This document shows positions 1-9,859 of a stretch of DNA of 64,000 bases, piece by piece (the first letter of the stretch is position 1; each line of letters begins with the position of its first letter). A program made the position numbers and the translations under genes. The notes under the pieces are model-generated. The model ran no database searches. It was not told the origin of the DNA and worked only from the letters and a program-made list of their open reading frames with translations. This DNA is from Patescibacteria group bacterium (GTDB taxonomy: Bacteria > Patescibacteriota > Microgenomatia > UBA12405), in assembly GCA_013387215.1 (NCBI GenBank), contig WARW01000003.1, positions 10,227-74,226 of the forward strand. The letters run 5' to 3'.

Positions 1-168
1 ATTTTTGTTGACAATCCTCATCCGTTTTCAGAAATCATAAATTATGAATTTATTGCCGAAGAAGTAATCAGGACTATGGTGGGAAGTATCGGATTGGTTT
101 TAGCAGTGCCAGTAACCACTTTTTTAGCTGCATTAATGTTTAGACAAATTAAAAATAAAAATAAGTGA
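1..168 (+). CDS. 3' end of an upstream membrane-protein gene (partial)
   Basis: Open frame from window edge to TGA at 166-168; hydrophobic tail ...IGLVLAVPVTTFLAALMF; family not recognised. Confidence 0.3.
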   Translation: MFVDNPHPFSEIINYEFIAEEVIRTMVGSIGLVLAVPVTTFLAALMFRQIKNKNK

Positions 169-1388
169 AACTAAAAATACTAATAATTGTTTTTTTCATA
201 GTTTCTTTTCTTTTTTTAAGACTTTATCAAATAGATAGGCGGGTAAACTTTTCAATGGATCAGGGTTTGTTTGCTTTAAGAAGCCTACAAATTTTTCAGA
301 ACAAAGAATTAACTTTAATTGGTCCTCCGGCTTCGCCAATAGTCCATACACATCAGTTTTTTCAGGGGCCATTAATTTATTATTCAATGATTTTTATTTT
401 AGGGATATCAAAGTGGAATCCTTTAATATCTTCCTATGTTTTAGTAGGATTAAACCTTATAAGCCTTTGGTTTTTATTCGCTGCTATTAAAACACTGTTT
501 GGAAAAAAGATTGCAGAACTGAGTTTAGTTGTTTATATATTTTTACCAGCATCAATAAATTTTTCTAATTTTTTATGGAACCCAAATTTTCTTTTGATTT
601 TGTTGCCCGTATTTTTATGGTTTTTGAGTAAGTCGATTAAATCTAATAAAATAAAATGGTTTTTAGGTGCAGGTGTAATGGCGGGCATTTGTTTACAATT
701 TCATTTTCAATTCACATTAATATTATTTTTAACTTTAATATTTTTTATTTATAAAAAAATAAAATGGCATGAAATTATTGTCTTTTTGATAGGGATTATT
801 GCTGGCTACTCACCTCTTTTGGTTTTTGATTTGAGAAACAATTTTTATAATATCAAAACAATTTTTGAATGGCTAAGGTTTGGTGGCGACGAAAAATTTA
901 ATTTTCATATTTACTATTTTCTGGCATTTATTCCGCTAATTAGTATAGTTGCAGGAATGATTCTGAATAAATTGAATAATAAATTTATTCAATATGGATT
1001 AATATTAATTCTTATAATCTATTCTTTTTTTACTAAATATACTGAAACTGAAGCCTTTGGAATGCCAAAAGATTGGAGTTATTCAGAATTAGAAAAAACA
1101 AGTAAAATCGTTGAACAAATGGGGACCAATTTTAATGTGGTCAATTTATTGTCAGGCGATACTAGATTTTATTCTTTAAGATATCTTTTAACTAAGGACC
1201 AAAAAAATCCCCGCAATGTGGACTCTTATCAATCGGCTGACGAATTATTTGTGGTTTCGTATGACATGGAAGAAAAGACTTTGAATAATCCAGTGTGGGA
1301 AATTAGCAGTTTTGGAAAAGCGGAAATAAAAAATAAGTGGGAATTAAACAAAAAAGTAAATTTATACGAATTAGTTAAGTCAAAATGA
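165..1388 (+). CDS. polytopic membrane glycosyltransferase-like protein (GT39/ArnT/PMT-like)
   Basis: GTG start overlapping upstream stop; many TM helices; 'NFSMDQG' and 'HTHQFFQGPLIYY' resemble WxDEA / HPPLYY signatures of GT39/PMT_2; soluble C-terminal domain. Confidence 0.5.
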   Translation: MKLKILIIVFFIVSFLFLRLYQIDRRVNFSMDQGLFALRSLQIFQNKELTLIGPPASPIVHTHQFFQGPLIYYSMIFILGISKWNPLISSYVLVGLNLISLWFLFAAIKTLFGKKIAELSLVVYIFLPASINFSNFLWNPNFLLILLPVFLWFLSKSIKSNKIKWFLGAGVMAGICLQFHFQFTLILFLTLIFFIYKKIKWHEIIVFLIGIIAGYSPLLVFDLRNNFYNIKTIFEWLRFGGDEKFNFHIYYFLAFIPLISIVAGMILNKLNNKFIQYGLILILIIYSFFTKYTETEAFGMPKDWSYSELEKTSKIVEQMGTNFNVVNLLSGDTRFYSLRYLLTKDQKNPRNVDSYQSADELFVVSYDMEEKTLNNPVWEISSFGKAEIKNKWELNKKVNLYELVKSK

Positions 1389-1401
1389 AGTTTGATAAAA
1401 T

Positions 1402-1782
1402 ATGGGCATGAATAAAAATGATAAATATACATGTCCCTGCTGTGGTTATAAAGTATTTAACGAACAACCAGGATCATTTGAAATTTGTCCAATTTGTTAT
1501 TGGGAAGATGAAGCAAAACAACTAAGATATCCTAAGGAAACTGGAGCCAATAGAATCAGTTTGATTAAAGCGCAGGAAAATTACGAAAAACACGGCGTGA
1601 GCGATTTAAATTTAAAAATGCTGGTTCGTGAAGCAGATGAAAATGAGGAAAAAGATCCAAACTGGCGAAAGTTAGATTTAAAAAAAGATAAAATTGCTGA
1701 AAAAAGAGACAAGGTAAATATATATCCACACGATTTGACCAGGCTTTATTATTGGGAAGAAAATTATTTAGTTGAAGAATAA
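1402..1782 (+). CDS. cysteine-rich CPCC-family protein
   Basis: 'YTCPCCGYKVF...FEICPICYWEDE' matches the CPCC cysteine-rich domain. Confidence 0.65.
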   Translation: MGMNKNDKYTCPCCGYKVFNEQPGSFEICPICYWEDEAKQLRYPKETGANRISLIKAQENYEKHGVSDLNLKMLVREADENEEKDPNWRKLDLKKDKIAEKRDKVNIYPHDLTRLYYWEENYLVEE

Positions 1783-2399
1783 TTTTTTACAGGTTTATAG
1801 GAAAAGCGATGAATCGGGCAAGGACCGAGTTTTTCTAGACCTTGCTGATGTGATTTGGTGCCATAACCCTTATTATTGACGAAATCATAACCAGGATAAA
1901 GCTTGTCGAATTCAGTCATTTCTTGATCTCTCATGACTTTGGCACAAATAGAAGCAGCGGCCACAGAAAAACAGTTTAAATCGGCTTTAATAACACTTTT
2001 GTAAGGACAATTTATGTCAAGTTTCATATTGCCGTCAATTAAAACAAAATCATAACGATTTTCAAAAAAAGTAATAGCCTTTTCAATTGAACTAATGATT
2101 GCTTGCTGAATACCCAGAGTGTCGATTTCTTTGGAACTGGAAGAAATTACTTTGAAAGGAAAATTACGCTTTTTGATTTCTTGAAAAGCAGACTCTCTTT
2201 TGGAAGGCAAAAGACATTTGGAGTCTTTAATATTTTTTTGAAAAAATTCCAAATCAAAATTATTAGTGTCCAACAGAAATGCACCAACAGCTACTGATCC
2301 AGCCCAAGGACCGCGACCAACTTCATCAATGCCTAGAATAAAGCGGCAATTTTGAGGGATTAAAGATTTTTCATAATTAAAGTCAGGAGTGTTTTTCAT
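1764..2399 (-). CDS. rnhB: ribonuclease HII
   Basis: 'LGIDEVGRGPWAGSVAVGAFLL', 'LIDGN', 'DSKCLLPSKRE' RNase HII motifs; start placed at internal ATG (MKNTPDF), since the longer ORF has a hydrophobic non-conserved leader. Confidence 0.85.
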   Translation of the reverse strand: MKNTPDFNYEKSLIPQNCRFILGIDEVGRGPWAGSVAVGAFLLDTNNFDLEFFQKNIKDSKCLLPSKRESAFQEIKKRNFPFKVISSSSKEIDTLGIQQAIISSIEKAITFFENRYDFVLIDGNMKLDINCPYKSVIKADLNCFSVAAASICAKVMRDQEMTEFDKLYPGYDFVNNKGYGTKSHQQGLEKLGPCPIHRFSYKPVKNYSSTK

Positions 2400-2430
2400 G
2401 GGAAATATTAGGTAAATTGTATAATAGAGT

Positions 2431-4206
2431 ATGAATATTTTAAAGTGGAACCTGGACGACATATTATCTGTTGAAAAATTTGATGAATTTTTTTGGGAAA
2501 TTCAAAATGATATTGGTTATTATCCACAACTAATTAAAAAACTAGACCCTCGAATGGAAGAGGAATTGTTTAAAGAGATAATAGATTTTGATGAAAATTT
2601 GAGCGAGAAAATTTCCAGATTGAGTTATCTGCCTCACTTAATGGAAACTACCAACCAAAAAGACCAGAAGGCTCAAATTTTAAAATCAAAAGCAGACCAA
2701 ATAATTGTTAGCTATGAGGAAGTTTCAAGAAAATTATTTCACTGGCTTAAGGGAAAAAAGGTTAACGAATTAGAGATTTTGGACAATAAAAATGCAGAAA
2801 GACTATTTGAATCGATTCCTGATTTGGAATTTCAACTTAAACATAATCGTGAAGCATCAAAATACGCTTTAAACGAATCTGAAGAAAACATAATTAGCAA
2901 TAAAAATATTAGCGGAATATTTGCAGTCAAAGATTTACGAAGACAAATATCAACTGGTTTTAGATATAAATTAAAGATTAAAAATCAAAAAACAAGAATA
3001 ATTAAAACACAAGCCGAATTAACAAATTTAGCGCACAGCTCTAAACCAGAAGAAAGAAAAGCGGCCTACTTAAGCTTGTTTAAAGAGTATGAAAAAAATT
3101 TAGATAAATTTTTTATAATTTATCAAGCAGTGGTTAAAGATTGGAATTATGAAGCAAAACTTAGAGGTTATGAAAGCGCCATCAGCATTAGAAATTTTAA
3201 TAATCATATTTCTAATGAAGTAATTGAGATGTTATTAAAAACCTGCAGTGAAAATAAATATGTTTTTCAAAAATATTTTAGATATAAAGCAAAAGAAATG
3301 GGGGTTGAGAAATTAAATCGTTTTGATATTTATGCTCCATTTAAGGCTAGGACTTATAAACACATAGAATTTAATAAAGCAAAAGAGTTGGTTTTAGAAA
3401 CATTTAAAGAATTTTCACCCAGTTTTTACAATCAGGCCAAAAAAATATTTGACGATAAACATATTGATTCCCACCCGAATCCAGAAAAAAGAAGCGGTGC
3501 ATTTTGTGCAACAATCAGTCCTAAAATAACTCCTTACATAATGATGAATTTTACAGGTGAAAAAAATGATTTATATACATTAGCTCATGAACTAGGACAC
3601 GGTATTCACAGTTTATTGGCAAATAATCATTATTATTCAAGTCAGCAGGCTACCCTACCTCTGGCTGAAACCGCTTCCACTTTATCGGAATTAATTTTGT
3701 TTGAAAAAACTTATAAAAATGAACACGATTCTAAAGTTAAAAAAACAATGCTGATTGACCAGATAGCAAGTTCTTATGCAAGCATATTGAGACAAAATTA
3801 TTTTGTGCTATTTGAAATTGAAGCCCATAAATTGATTAATTCAGGGTGCAATTCCAGCCAATTGTCGGAATTGTGGCTAAATACATTAAAGGAGCAGTTT
3901 GGGGATAGTGTAGAGGTGGATAGGGTTTTTAAAAATGAATGGGCTTATATCCCCCATATCTTTGATACACCATTTTATTGCTACAGCTATAATTTTGGAG
4001 AACTATTAAGTTATGCTTTGTATAGTAGATATAAAAAGGAAGGTTTAAGTTTTGTTTCTAAAATTGAAACGATATTGAAAAGCGGAGGTTCAGAGGATCC
4101 CGAAAAAATATTAATGAATGCTGGAATAAATATTAAGGATAAAAACTTTTGGCAGAGTAGTTTTGAGATAATAAATGAATGGCAATCTACATTAGAGAAA
4201 TTGTAA
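2431..4206 (+). CDS. pepF: oligoendopeptidase F (M3B metallopeptidase)
   Basis: HEXXH zinc motif 'AHELGHGIHS' and overall M3B PepF-like architecture, 591 aa. Confidence 0.85.
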   Translation: MNILKWNLDDILSVEKFDEFFWEIQNDIGYYPQLIKKLDPRMEEELFKEIIDFDENLSEKISRLSYLPHLMETTNQKDQKAQILKSKADQIIVSYEEVSRKLFHWLKGKKVNELEILDNKNAERLFESIPDLEFQLKHNREASKYALNESEENIISNKNISGIFAVKDLRRQISTGFRYKLKIKNQKTRIIKTQAELTNLAHSSKPEERKAAYLSLFKEYEKNLDKFFIIYQAVVKDWNYEAKLRGYESAISIRNFNNHISNEVIEMLLKTCSENKYVFQKYFRYKAKEMGVEKLNRFDIYAPFKARTYKHIEFNKAKELVLETFKEFSPSFYNQAKKIFDDKHIDSHPNPEKRSGAFCATISPKITPYIMMNFTGEKNDLYTLAHELGHGIHSLLANNHYYSSQQATLPLAETASTLSELILFEKTYKNEHDSKVKKTMLIDQIASSYASILRQNYFVLFEIEAHKLINSGCNSSQLSELWLNTLKEQFGDSVEVDRVFKNEWAYIPHIFDTPFYCYSYNFGELLSYALYSRYKKEGLSFVSKIETILKSGGSEDPEKILMNAGINIKDKNFWQSSFEIINEWQSTLEKL

Positions 4207-4239
4207 TTAAGTGATATAATTTACATGTAAATTAAGGGT

Positions 4240-4278
4240 AATGTTTGTTTATTTCAAACATGAAGTTCATTTTTTATT
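4240..4278 (+). terminator. weak intrinsic terminator candidate after pepF
   Basis: atgtttg-tttattt-caaacat hairpin followed 8 nt later by TTTTTTATT; AT-rich stem. Confidence 0.25.
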
Positions 4279-4337
4279 CATAATTATATTTTTTAATTAA
4301 TTGTTAATAATTAAAAAAATTAAGGTGGTGATAATAA

Positions 4338-4454
4338 ATGAAAAAATTAATGGAAGAAATATTAACAGATAAAAGTGCCCGAAACATGGCTCAAACAGAT
4401 GCTTTATCACTTGCTGTTGAAGAAGTTGGCGATCCATGGCAAAGTATTGCTTAA
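4338..4454 (+). CDS. 38-aa peptide; candidate ComX-like pheromone / RiPP precursor
   Basis: ATG preceded by AAGGTGGTGA, 7 nt spacer (only strong SD seen in the window); product MKKLMEEILTDKSARNMAQTDALSLAVEEVGDPWQSIA, helical acidic N-part, single Trp near C-terminus; immediately upstream of a histidine kinase. Confidence 0.4.
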   Translation: MKKLMEEILTDKSARNMAQTDALSLAVEEVGDPWQSIA

Positions 4455-4485
4455 TAATTAAATTAAAACCTAGAAATTAAAACTA

Positions 4486-5961
4486 ATGCTAAAAACAATC
4501 ATAAACAAATTAATTTCTAGGTTTAATAATTACTTATTTAATTTTTCCCGGATAAGTGATGAAGATTTGAGGCGAAAGGCTAAGATTTTTAATATAATCA
4601 CTTTCTCTATTTTTTTATTGACTTTATATTCTCTTGCGACTTGGATATTTGGTTATTGTTTTATTGATAGATCTTCTGACAGAAATTTTAGCCACATAAT
4701 TCCAATTTTAGTACTTACACTATTGCCAATTATATTGTTAAAAGTTTCCTTATTAGGAAAACCAAGATTAGCAGCTTGGATATTAATATCATTACTATTA
4801 TTGGCTACATTAAGAACTTCTTTAATTTATGGTGTAAATGTACCAATGGCAACTGTAAGTTATGCGCTAATAATTTTTATGAGCGGAATCTTGGTTGGGC
4901 CATTAAGTGCTTTTTTATTAACAATAATAATTTTTGGTTGCTTGTTAAGCATTTTCTTTTCCCACACGTGGCATTTTATTGAGGTATATTCTGATTGGAA
5001 GAATAAATCTTCTGATATATCGGATATTCTGATATTGAATGTTATATATTTGGTCATTGCAATAGTGTCATGGTTATCGAGCCGAGAAGTTAACAAATCA
5101 CTTAAAAATGCTAATTTATCAGAACAGAAAGCTTTAATGTTGGCTGACAAATTACAAAAACAAAATGATGATCTGGAAAAAATAGTAGAAGAAAGAACAC
5201 AAGAACTTAGGGAACATCAATTAAAACAGCTGATGGAAATAAATACGTTGGCTGAATTTGGAAAAATATCAGCAGGATTATTACATGATTTGAAGAATCC
5301 ATTAACGGTAATTTCAATGAATTTAGACAGTATTAATGATTACGTTAAAGACAAAAATATTTTAAGTCAATCGGAATGGAAAAAATTAATCAACAATTCT
5401 TTATTAGCTTCCAGAACAGTGGAATCAATGGTCAGAACTTCGCAAAAGCAATTAATTAATGAAGATACTAAAGTATTATTTGATTTAAAAAAGGAAATTA
5501 AAAATACTTTAATACTTTTGAATACAAGAGCAAATAAGTTTGGGATAGAAATAAAATTTGTATGTAAAGAATCAATAAACATATTCGGTTGTCCAACAAA
5601 ACTGTCTAGAGTTTTAGCCAACCTAGTTGTAAATAGTATAGATGCTTTGAGGGATGCAAAAAGAGATTTTCCAAAAATAACTATTGAAGTTCAGAAAAAT
5701 AAAACTTCAATAGAAATTATGATTAAAGATAATGGCTGCGGTATTAAAGACGAAGACAAGAAAAATATTTTTCAAGCATTATTTAGTACAAAAAAAGAAA
5801 TGAATAATTCTGGTTTAGGCCTATTTATCAGTAAAACTATTTTGGATAGTTGTTTTAAAGGTACTATTAGTTTTAAAAGTACCTGGGGTGAAGGAAGTGA
5901 ATTTTTAATCGATATTCCGGTTTTAAAACAAAATGGAGCAAAAACTAAACAAAGTAATTGA
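4486..5961 (+). CDS. sensor histidine kinase, ~6 TM N-terminal sensor domain
   Basis: N-terminal 200 aa with ~6 TM helices; coiled coil; H-box 'LLHDLKNPL'; N-box 'NLVVNSIDAL'; G1 'IKDNGCGI'; G2 'GLGLFISK'. Confidence 0.85.
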   Translation: MLKTIINKLISRFNNYLFNFSRISDEDLRRKAKIFNIITFSIFLLTLYSLATWIFGYCFIDRSSDRNFSHIIPILVLTLLPIILLKVSLLGKPRLAAWILISLLLLATLRTSLIYGVNVPMATVSYALIIFMSGILVGPLSAFLLTIIIFGCLLSIFFSHTWHFIEVYSDWKNKSSDISDILILNVIYLVIAIVSWLSSREVNKSLKNANLSEQKALMLADKLQKQNDDLEKIVEERTQELREHQLKQLMEINTLAEFGKISAGLLHDLKNPLTVISMNLDSINDYVKDKNILSQSEWKKLINNSLLASRTVESMVRTSQKQLINEDTKVLFDLKKEIKNTLILLNTRANKFGIEIKFVCKESINIFGCPTKLSRVLANLVVNSIDALRDAKRDFPKITIEVQKNKTSIEIMIKDNGCGIKDEDKKNIFQALFSTKKEMNNSGLGLFISKTILDSCFKGTISFKSTWGEGSEFLIDIPVLKQNGAKTKQSN

Positions 5962-7807
5962 TAAAGGAATTGCCTTTTTAACTGATGAATTAGAAAAGAA
6001 TGTATATTTTGGATTTGAAAGCATATTTCCAATGATTTTGGTTTTTGATTGTCTTAATGAAATTGACAATAAAGGCAGCTACTTGATTAAAGCGAAAATT
6101 AAAAAAGTTTTATTGAAAGAGAAAAATGAATTATGGTCTTTTAATTATTGGAAAAGAAAATCGATAAAAAACAAAATAGAACCATATCCTGAGGATCTTG
6201 ATGATACATGTTTAGCACTTAGTGCTTTATATAGATTTGATAAAAAAGTTTTCAAGGGCAATGATCTTGCAAAAATAATTAATCTTTTAATATTGGCGGA
6301 AGAAAAGATAGGCGGCCCATATCGTACTTGGATATTGGCTAAAGAAAAGTCGGAAAAATGGAGTGATATCGATATTGCAGTTAATAGCAACATTGGATAT
6401 TTTTTAAAATTACAAAAAATTAAGTTAAAGAACTTAACTGAATTAATTGAAAATGGAATCATTAAAGACAAAATATATTCCCCTTTTTATAAAGGTGAGC
6501 TGCCCGTAATTTATTTTATTTCCCGTTTTTATAATGGGAAATTAAAAAATATTTTGAAAGAAAAACTTATCAATAAGGCAAATACTAGCGATTCGGCCTT
6601 AGATTTAGCTTTGATAATAAGCAGTTTAATCAGACTCGGTTATAAAAATATAAAAGAAGACTGGGTTAAGAAAATATGTACAAAACAATCCAAATCAGGA
6701 AATTGGATAGGTGAAGATTTTTATTTTTATGTAGACAAATTAAAACAAACTAATTTTATTGGTACTGAAAGCATTAGTACGGCTTTTATTTTGGAAGCTT
6801 TAACTTTATATATAAATCAAAAACTCAAATTTAAAGATCCATTGTTTTTAGAGATTAATGAGTTTAAAAAAGAAACAGTTTTCAGGCTAGAAAAAGTTTT
6901 TGAAAAGCATCCCGATAAATTAAAAAAGGAAATATTAACATTTATCAAAAACTTAGCTTCGAGCAGTGAATCAGAAATGATAATTGCGACGCCATTAATT
7001 GTTTTAAATTCTATCGATACGGAATTAAAGATCAAAATAACAAAAGATTTTATTGTCAAATTAGGACAAATTAATTTATTGGGATGGTGTGCATATACGA
7101 TTTACGACGATATTATGGACAGTGATTCTTCAGGAAAAATGATTCCAATGGCAAATATAATTTGCAGGGAGATGGAATCAATACTAGGCAGTCTTCCAAT
7201 AAACAAGGAAACAGGTTTTTTTAATTTTTCCAAATTTTTATTGCAAAAAATGGAAATAAGTAATTGGTTTGAACAGAATTATTTATGTCTTAACTCTAGC
7301 AATAATACAATCGATGAGTTTGATTATAAAAAGTTAGCCGATAAGTCTTTAGGACATGCATTGAGCTCAGTAGCAATTTTATGTTATTTGAAACAATCAG
7401 TAAGGTCTTTAGAGGTCCGTTATTTAATGAATTATTTTAGATATTTTATTGTTGCTAAACAGATGAATGATGACGTTCATGATTGGTTAGAAGATTTAGA
7501 AAAAGGCCAAATAAACAGTGCGAGTTATGGATTAATAAAATTTTTAGAAAAAAACAATAAAAGTATTTATAAAGAAATCATGAATAAAGAAAATTTAAAA
7601 TTAATTTTTTGGCAAAATATTGTTCCTGATTATTGTAATAAAATAATATATTTTTCAAATAAAGCGAAAAGAGCATTAAACCAATCCAGTTTAATTATCA
7701 ACAAACTATATTTATTGAATTTAAATAATAAGAATGTAGAATTATGTAGAATTGCATTAAAAGAAAGAAAAAATACATTAGACTTTATAAAAAATTACTA
7801 CAAATGA
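5933..7807 (+). CDS. 624-aa protein with isoprenoid-synthase/terpene-cyclase-like Asp-rich motifs (candidate peptide prenyltransferase)
   Basis: 'EDLDDTC' (aa 87-93, DxDDT-like), 'YDDIMD' (aa 391-396, DDxxD), 'NDDVHDWLED' (aa 512-521, NSE/DTE-like, ~120 aa after DDxxD); sits between HK and RR genes, overlapping the HK by 29 nt. Confidence 0.45.
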   Translation: MEQKLNKVIDKGIAFLTDELEKNVYFGFESIFPMILVFDCLNEIDNKGSYLIKAKIKKVLLKEKNELWSFNYWKRKSIKNKIEPYPEDLDDTCLALSALYRFDKKVFKGNDLAKIINLLILAEEKIGGPYRTWILAKEKSEKWSDIDIAVNSNIGYFLKLQKIKLKNLTELIENGIIKDKIYSPFYKGELPVIYFISRFYNGKLKNILKEKLINKANTSDSALDLALIISSLIRLGYKNIKEDWVKKICTKQSKSGNWIGEDFYFYVDKLKQTNFIGTESISTAFILEALTLYINQKLKFKDPLFLEINEFKKETVFRLEKVFEKHPDKLKKEILTFIKNLASSSESEMIIATPLIVLNSIDTELKIKITKDFIVKLGQINLLGWCAYTIYDDIMDSDSSGKMIPMANIICREMESILGSLPINKETGFFNFSKFLLQKMEISNWFEQNYLCLNSSNNTIDEFDYKKLADKSLGHALSSVAILCYLKQSVRSLEVRYLMNYFRYFIVAKQMNDDVHDWLEDLEKGQINSASYGLIKFLEKNNKSIYKEIMNKENLKLIFWQNIVPDYCNKIIYFSNKAKRALNQSSLIINKLYLLNLNNKNVELCRIALKERKNTLDFIKNYYK

Positions 7808-8484
7808 ATATACTATATATAGAAGACGATAAACAATTAGCCAAAACTATCCAACAAAAACTGATTTCTCATTACAATGTTGATATCTCTCCAACTGGTA
7901 AAAAAGGCATCATTTTAGCCGAGAATAAAGAATATGATCTTTTTATAATTGACTACTATCTGCCAGATCAAAACGGAATTCAAGTTTGTAAAAAAATTAG
8001 AGAGGTTGATACCAAAACACCAATTTTGGTTTTTACTACTAACGATACTAAAAAAGATGTGGTTGAAGCGCTTGATGCAGGAGCTGATGATTATTTGACA
8101 AAACCATTTTCTTATCAAGAGTTAGAAGCCAGAATCAGAGCACTTGTAAGAAGAAACAGTCGTAAGCAGCCAACCAAGCAGATAAATGTTGGCAAATTGA
8201 CTATTAAATTGGATGATCAATATATTGTTTTAAACAAACAATATATTAAATTGCCGAGGCAAGAATATATGCTTTTAAAATATTTGACCACAAATAAAGG
8301 AAAATTGGTTTCACGAGAGGAACTCTATGAACATGTATGGGGTAGAGATGATTACTATAATTCAAACACAATAGACGTCCACATAAGGCGTTTGAGAAAA
8401 AGATTAAAAGAACTTGTTGGAGAAAACTGCATTAAGTCGGTTTATGGAAGTGGATATAAAATATATAATTTTCAAGAAGAATAA
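7804..8484 (+). CDS. OmpR-family response regulator
   Basis: Receiver domain (phospho-acceptor Asp in 'LFIIDYYLPD', 'KPF') plus winged-helix output; ATGA start/stop overlap with upstream gene. Confidence 0.85.
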   Translation: MNILYIEDDKQLAKTIQQKLISHYNVDISPTGKKGIILAENKEYDLFIIDYYLPDQNGIQVCKKIREVDTKTPILVFTTNDTKKDVVEALDAGADDYLTKPFSYQELEARIRALVRRNSRKQPTKQINVGKLTIKLDDQYIVLNKQYIKLPRQEYMLLKYLTTNKGKLVSREELYEHVWGRDDYYNSNTIDVHIRRLRKRLKELVGENCIKSVYGSGYKIYNFQEE

Positions 8485-8614
8485 GTGGTTAAAAAAAATA
8501 TACTGACTTGAATTATGAACAAGTATCTTTTATGTTATTTTATACATGTTATGATGATATAATTGTTTATTCCAATACAAATAATATTTAATGTTTCTTT
8601 AAAAGAACAAAATA

Positions 8615-9262
8615 ATGAACGAAAAAATCAAAAAACAACTCACGGCATTTTTTAACAAATATAAACTTATAAAGTATAAAAAGGGTCAAATTCTTTTTAA
8701 ACCAGGTGAGAGAATTAATGGTATTTTATTTGATAAAAGTGGTTACGTAAGAGTCTACACTATCTCAAAAGAAGGAAAGGAAATTACACTACCAATGTTA
8801 AAACCTTTATTTTTCTGTTCTTTAGTCGATGCTTTATTGGGCAAAGAAAACAAATATTACATTGAAGCTATTAGCCCAGTGGAATTATGGCTGGCTCCAG
8901 AAAACGAATTTATGGATTTTATCAAACAAGATCCAGATCTTTACGATAAAATGACCAAATCTATGTTGAATGATTTTATGGATTTAACTAATAATGTTCA
9001 ACAGCTTATTTTTGGGGATGCATACACAAAGATTGCCAGTTTAATATATTCGATGTCAGAAAAATTTGGAGAAATGAAAGGCAAAGAAACCGTCATCGGA
9101 TTTAATACTCCCCACAGAATGTTGGCTAGCATGACTGGGTTAACCAGAGAAACAGTGACTCTACAAATCTTAAAATTACAAAAGGAAGGCTTTTTGTATA
9201 ATAAAGGCCGAAGAATTGTAATTAAAGATATGGAAAAACTCAAAGAAATTGCTCAGGTCTAA
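8615..9262 (+). CDS. Crp/Fnr-family transcriptional regulator
   Basis: N-terminal cNMP-binding-like fold; C-terminal HTH 'RMLASMTGLTRETVTLQILKLQKEGFL'. Confidence 0.75.
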   Translation: MNEKIKKQLTAFFNKYKLIKYKKGQILFKPGERINGILFDKSGYVRVYTISKEGKEITLPMLKPLFFCSLVDALLGKENKYYIEAISPVELWLAPENEFMDFIKQDPDLYDKMTKSMLNDFMDLTNNVQQLIFGDAYTKIASLIYSMSEKFGEMKGKETVIGFNTPHRMLASMTGLTRETVTLQILKLQKEGFLYNKGRRIVIKDMEKLKEIAQV

Positions 9263-9265
9263 TTT

Positions 9266-9700
9266 TTGGTCTATAATTTGTTTATGACTAGTTCAAGTAG
9301 GATTTACAGATCTAAAAATGAGTACATAATTGCCGGTGTTTGCGGAGGTTTGGCGGAACATTTTAATATTGATCCAACCATAGTTAGGATAATTTTTATC
9401 CTCTTAACTTTAGGTGGCGGGAGCGGAATATTAATATATATAATTCTGTGGTTGGTTTTACCTATGGAAGGAAAAAATGAGCCGGATGATTTGAAAGATA
9501 GAGTTAAAGAAATTTCAGAAGAGTTTAAGAATAATTATTCAAATAGAGAAAAGAGAGGTAACTTTTTGGGAATTATAATATTGTTGATTGGCGTAGTTGC
9601 TTTGTTGGACCAGATTCAACCAGCAATAATCAGATGGGATATTTTTTGGCCAGCCGTTTTGATTATGACAGGGTTGTTTTTGATATTTAGAAAAAGATAA
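9266..9700 (+). CDS. PspC-domain membrane protein
   Basis: 'YRSKNEYIIAGVCGGLAEHFNIDPTIVRIIFIL' PspC motif followed by TM helices. Confidence 0.7.
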   Translation: MVYNLFMTSSSRIYRSKNEYIIAGVCGGLAEHFNIDPTIVRIIFILLTLGGGSGILIYIILWLVLPMEGKNEPDDLKDRVKEISEEFKNNYSNREKRGNFLGIIILLIGVVALLDQIQPAIIRWDIFWPAVLIMTGLFLIFRKR

Positions 9701-9859
9701 TAGCTAAAAGCAAGAGGTTTCTTCGTTGGTTTTTAAACACGGCTTGCTTGGTTCACATTTGTTATTTTTCCGAGATTAAAGGGATTATTTCCTTTTACTT
9801 CTTTCTTACATAATTCTAATTTGCTACTTAATTCTTATCAGTAACATTGGAAGTAGTTT

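Noticed and set aside
4207-4330. Direct repeats AATTAAG at 4208, 4229 and 4317 as a response-regulator binding site
   Set aside because: Very AT-rich heptamer expected by chance in this genome; spacing suggestive (21 bp) but not enough evidence to call a regulatory site.
5933-7807. Interpreting the 624-aa protein as a LanC-like lanthipeptide cyclase because of 'GWCAY'
   Set aside because: Other LanC signatures (GxxG, CHG, catalytic His) are absent and the candidate precursor peptide has no Cys/Ser/Thr-rich core; Asp-rich isoprenoid-synthase-like motifs fit better.
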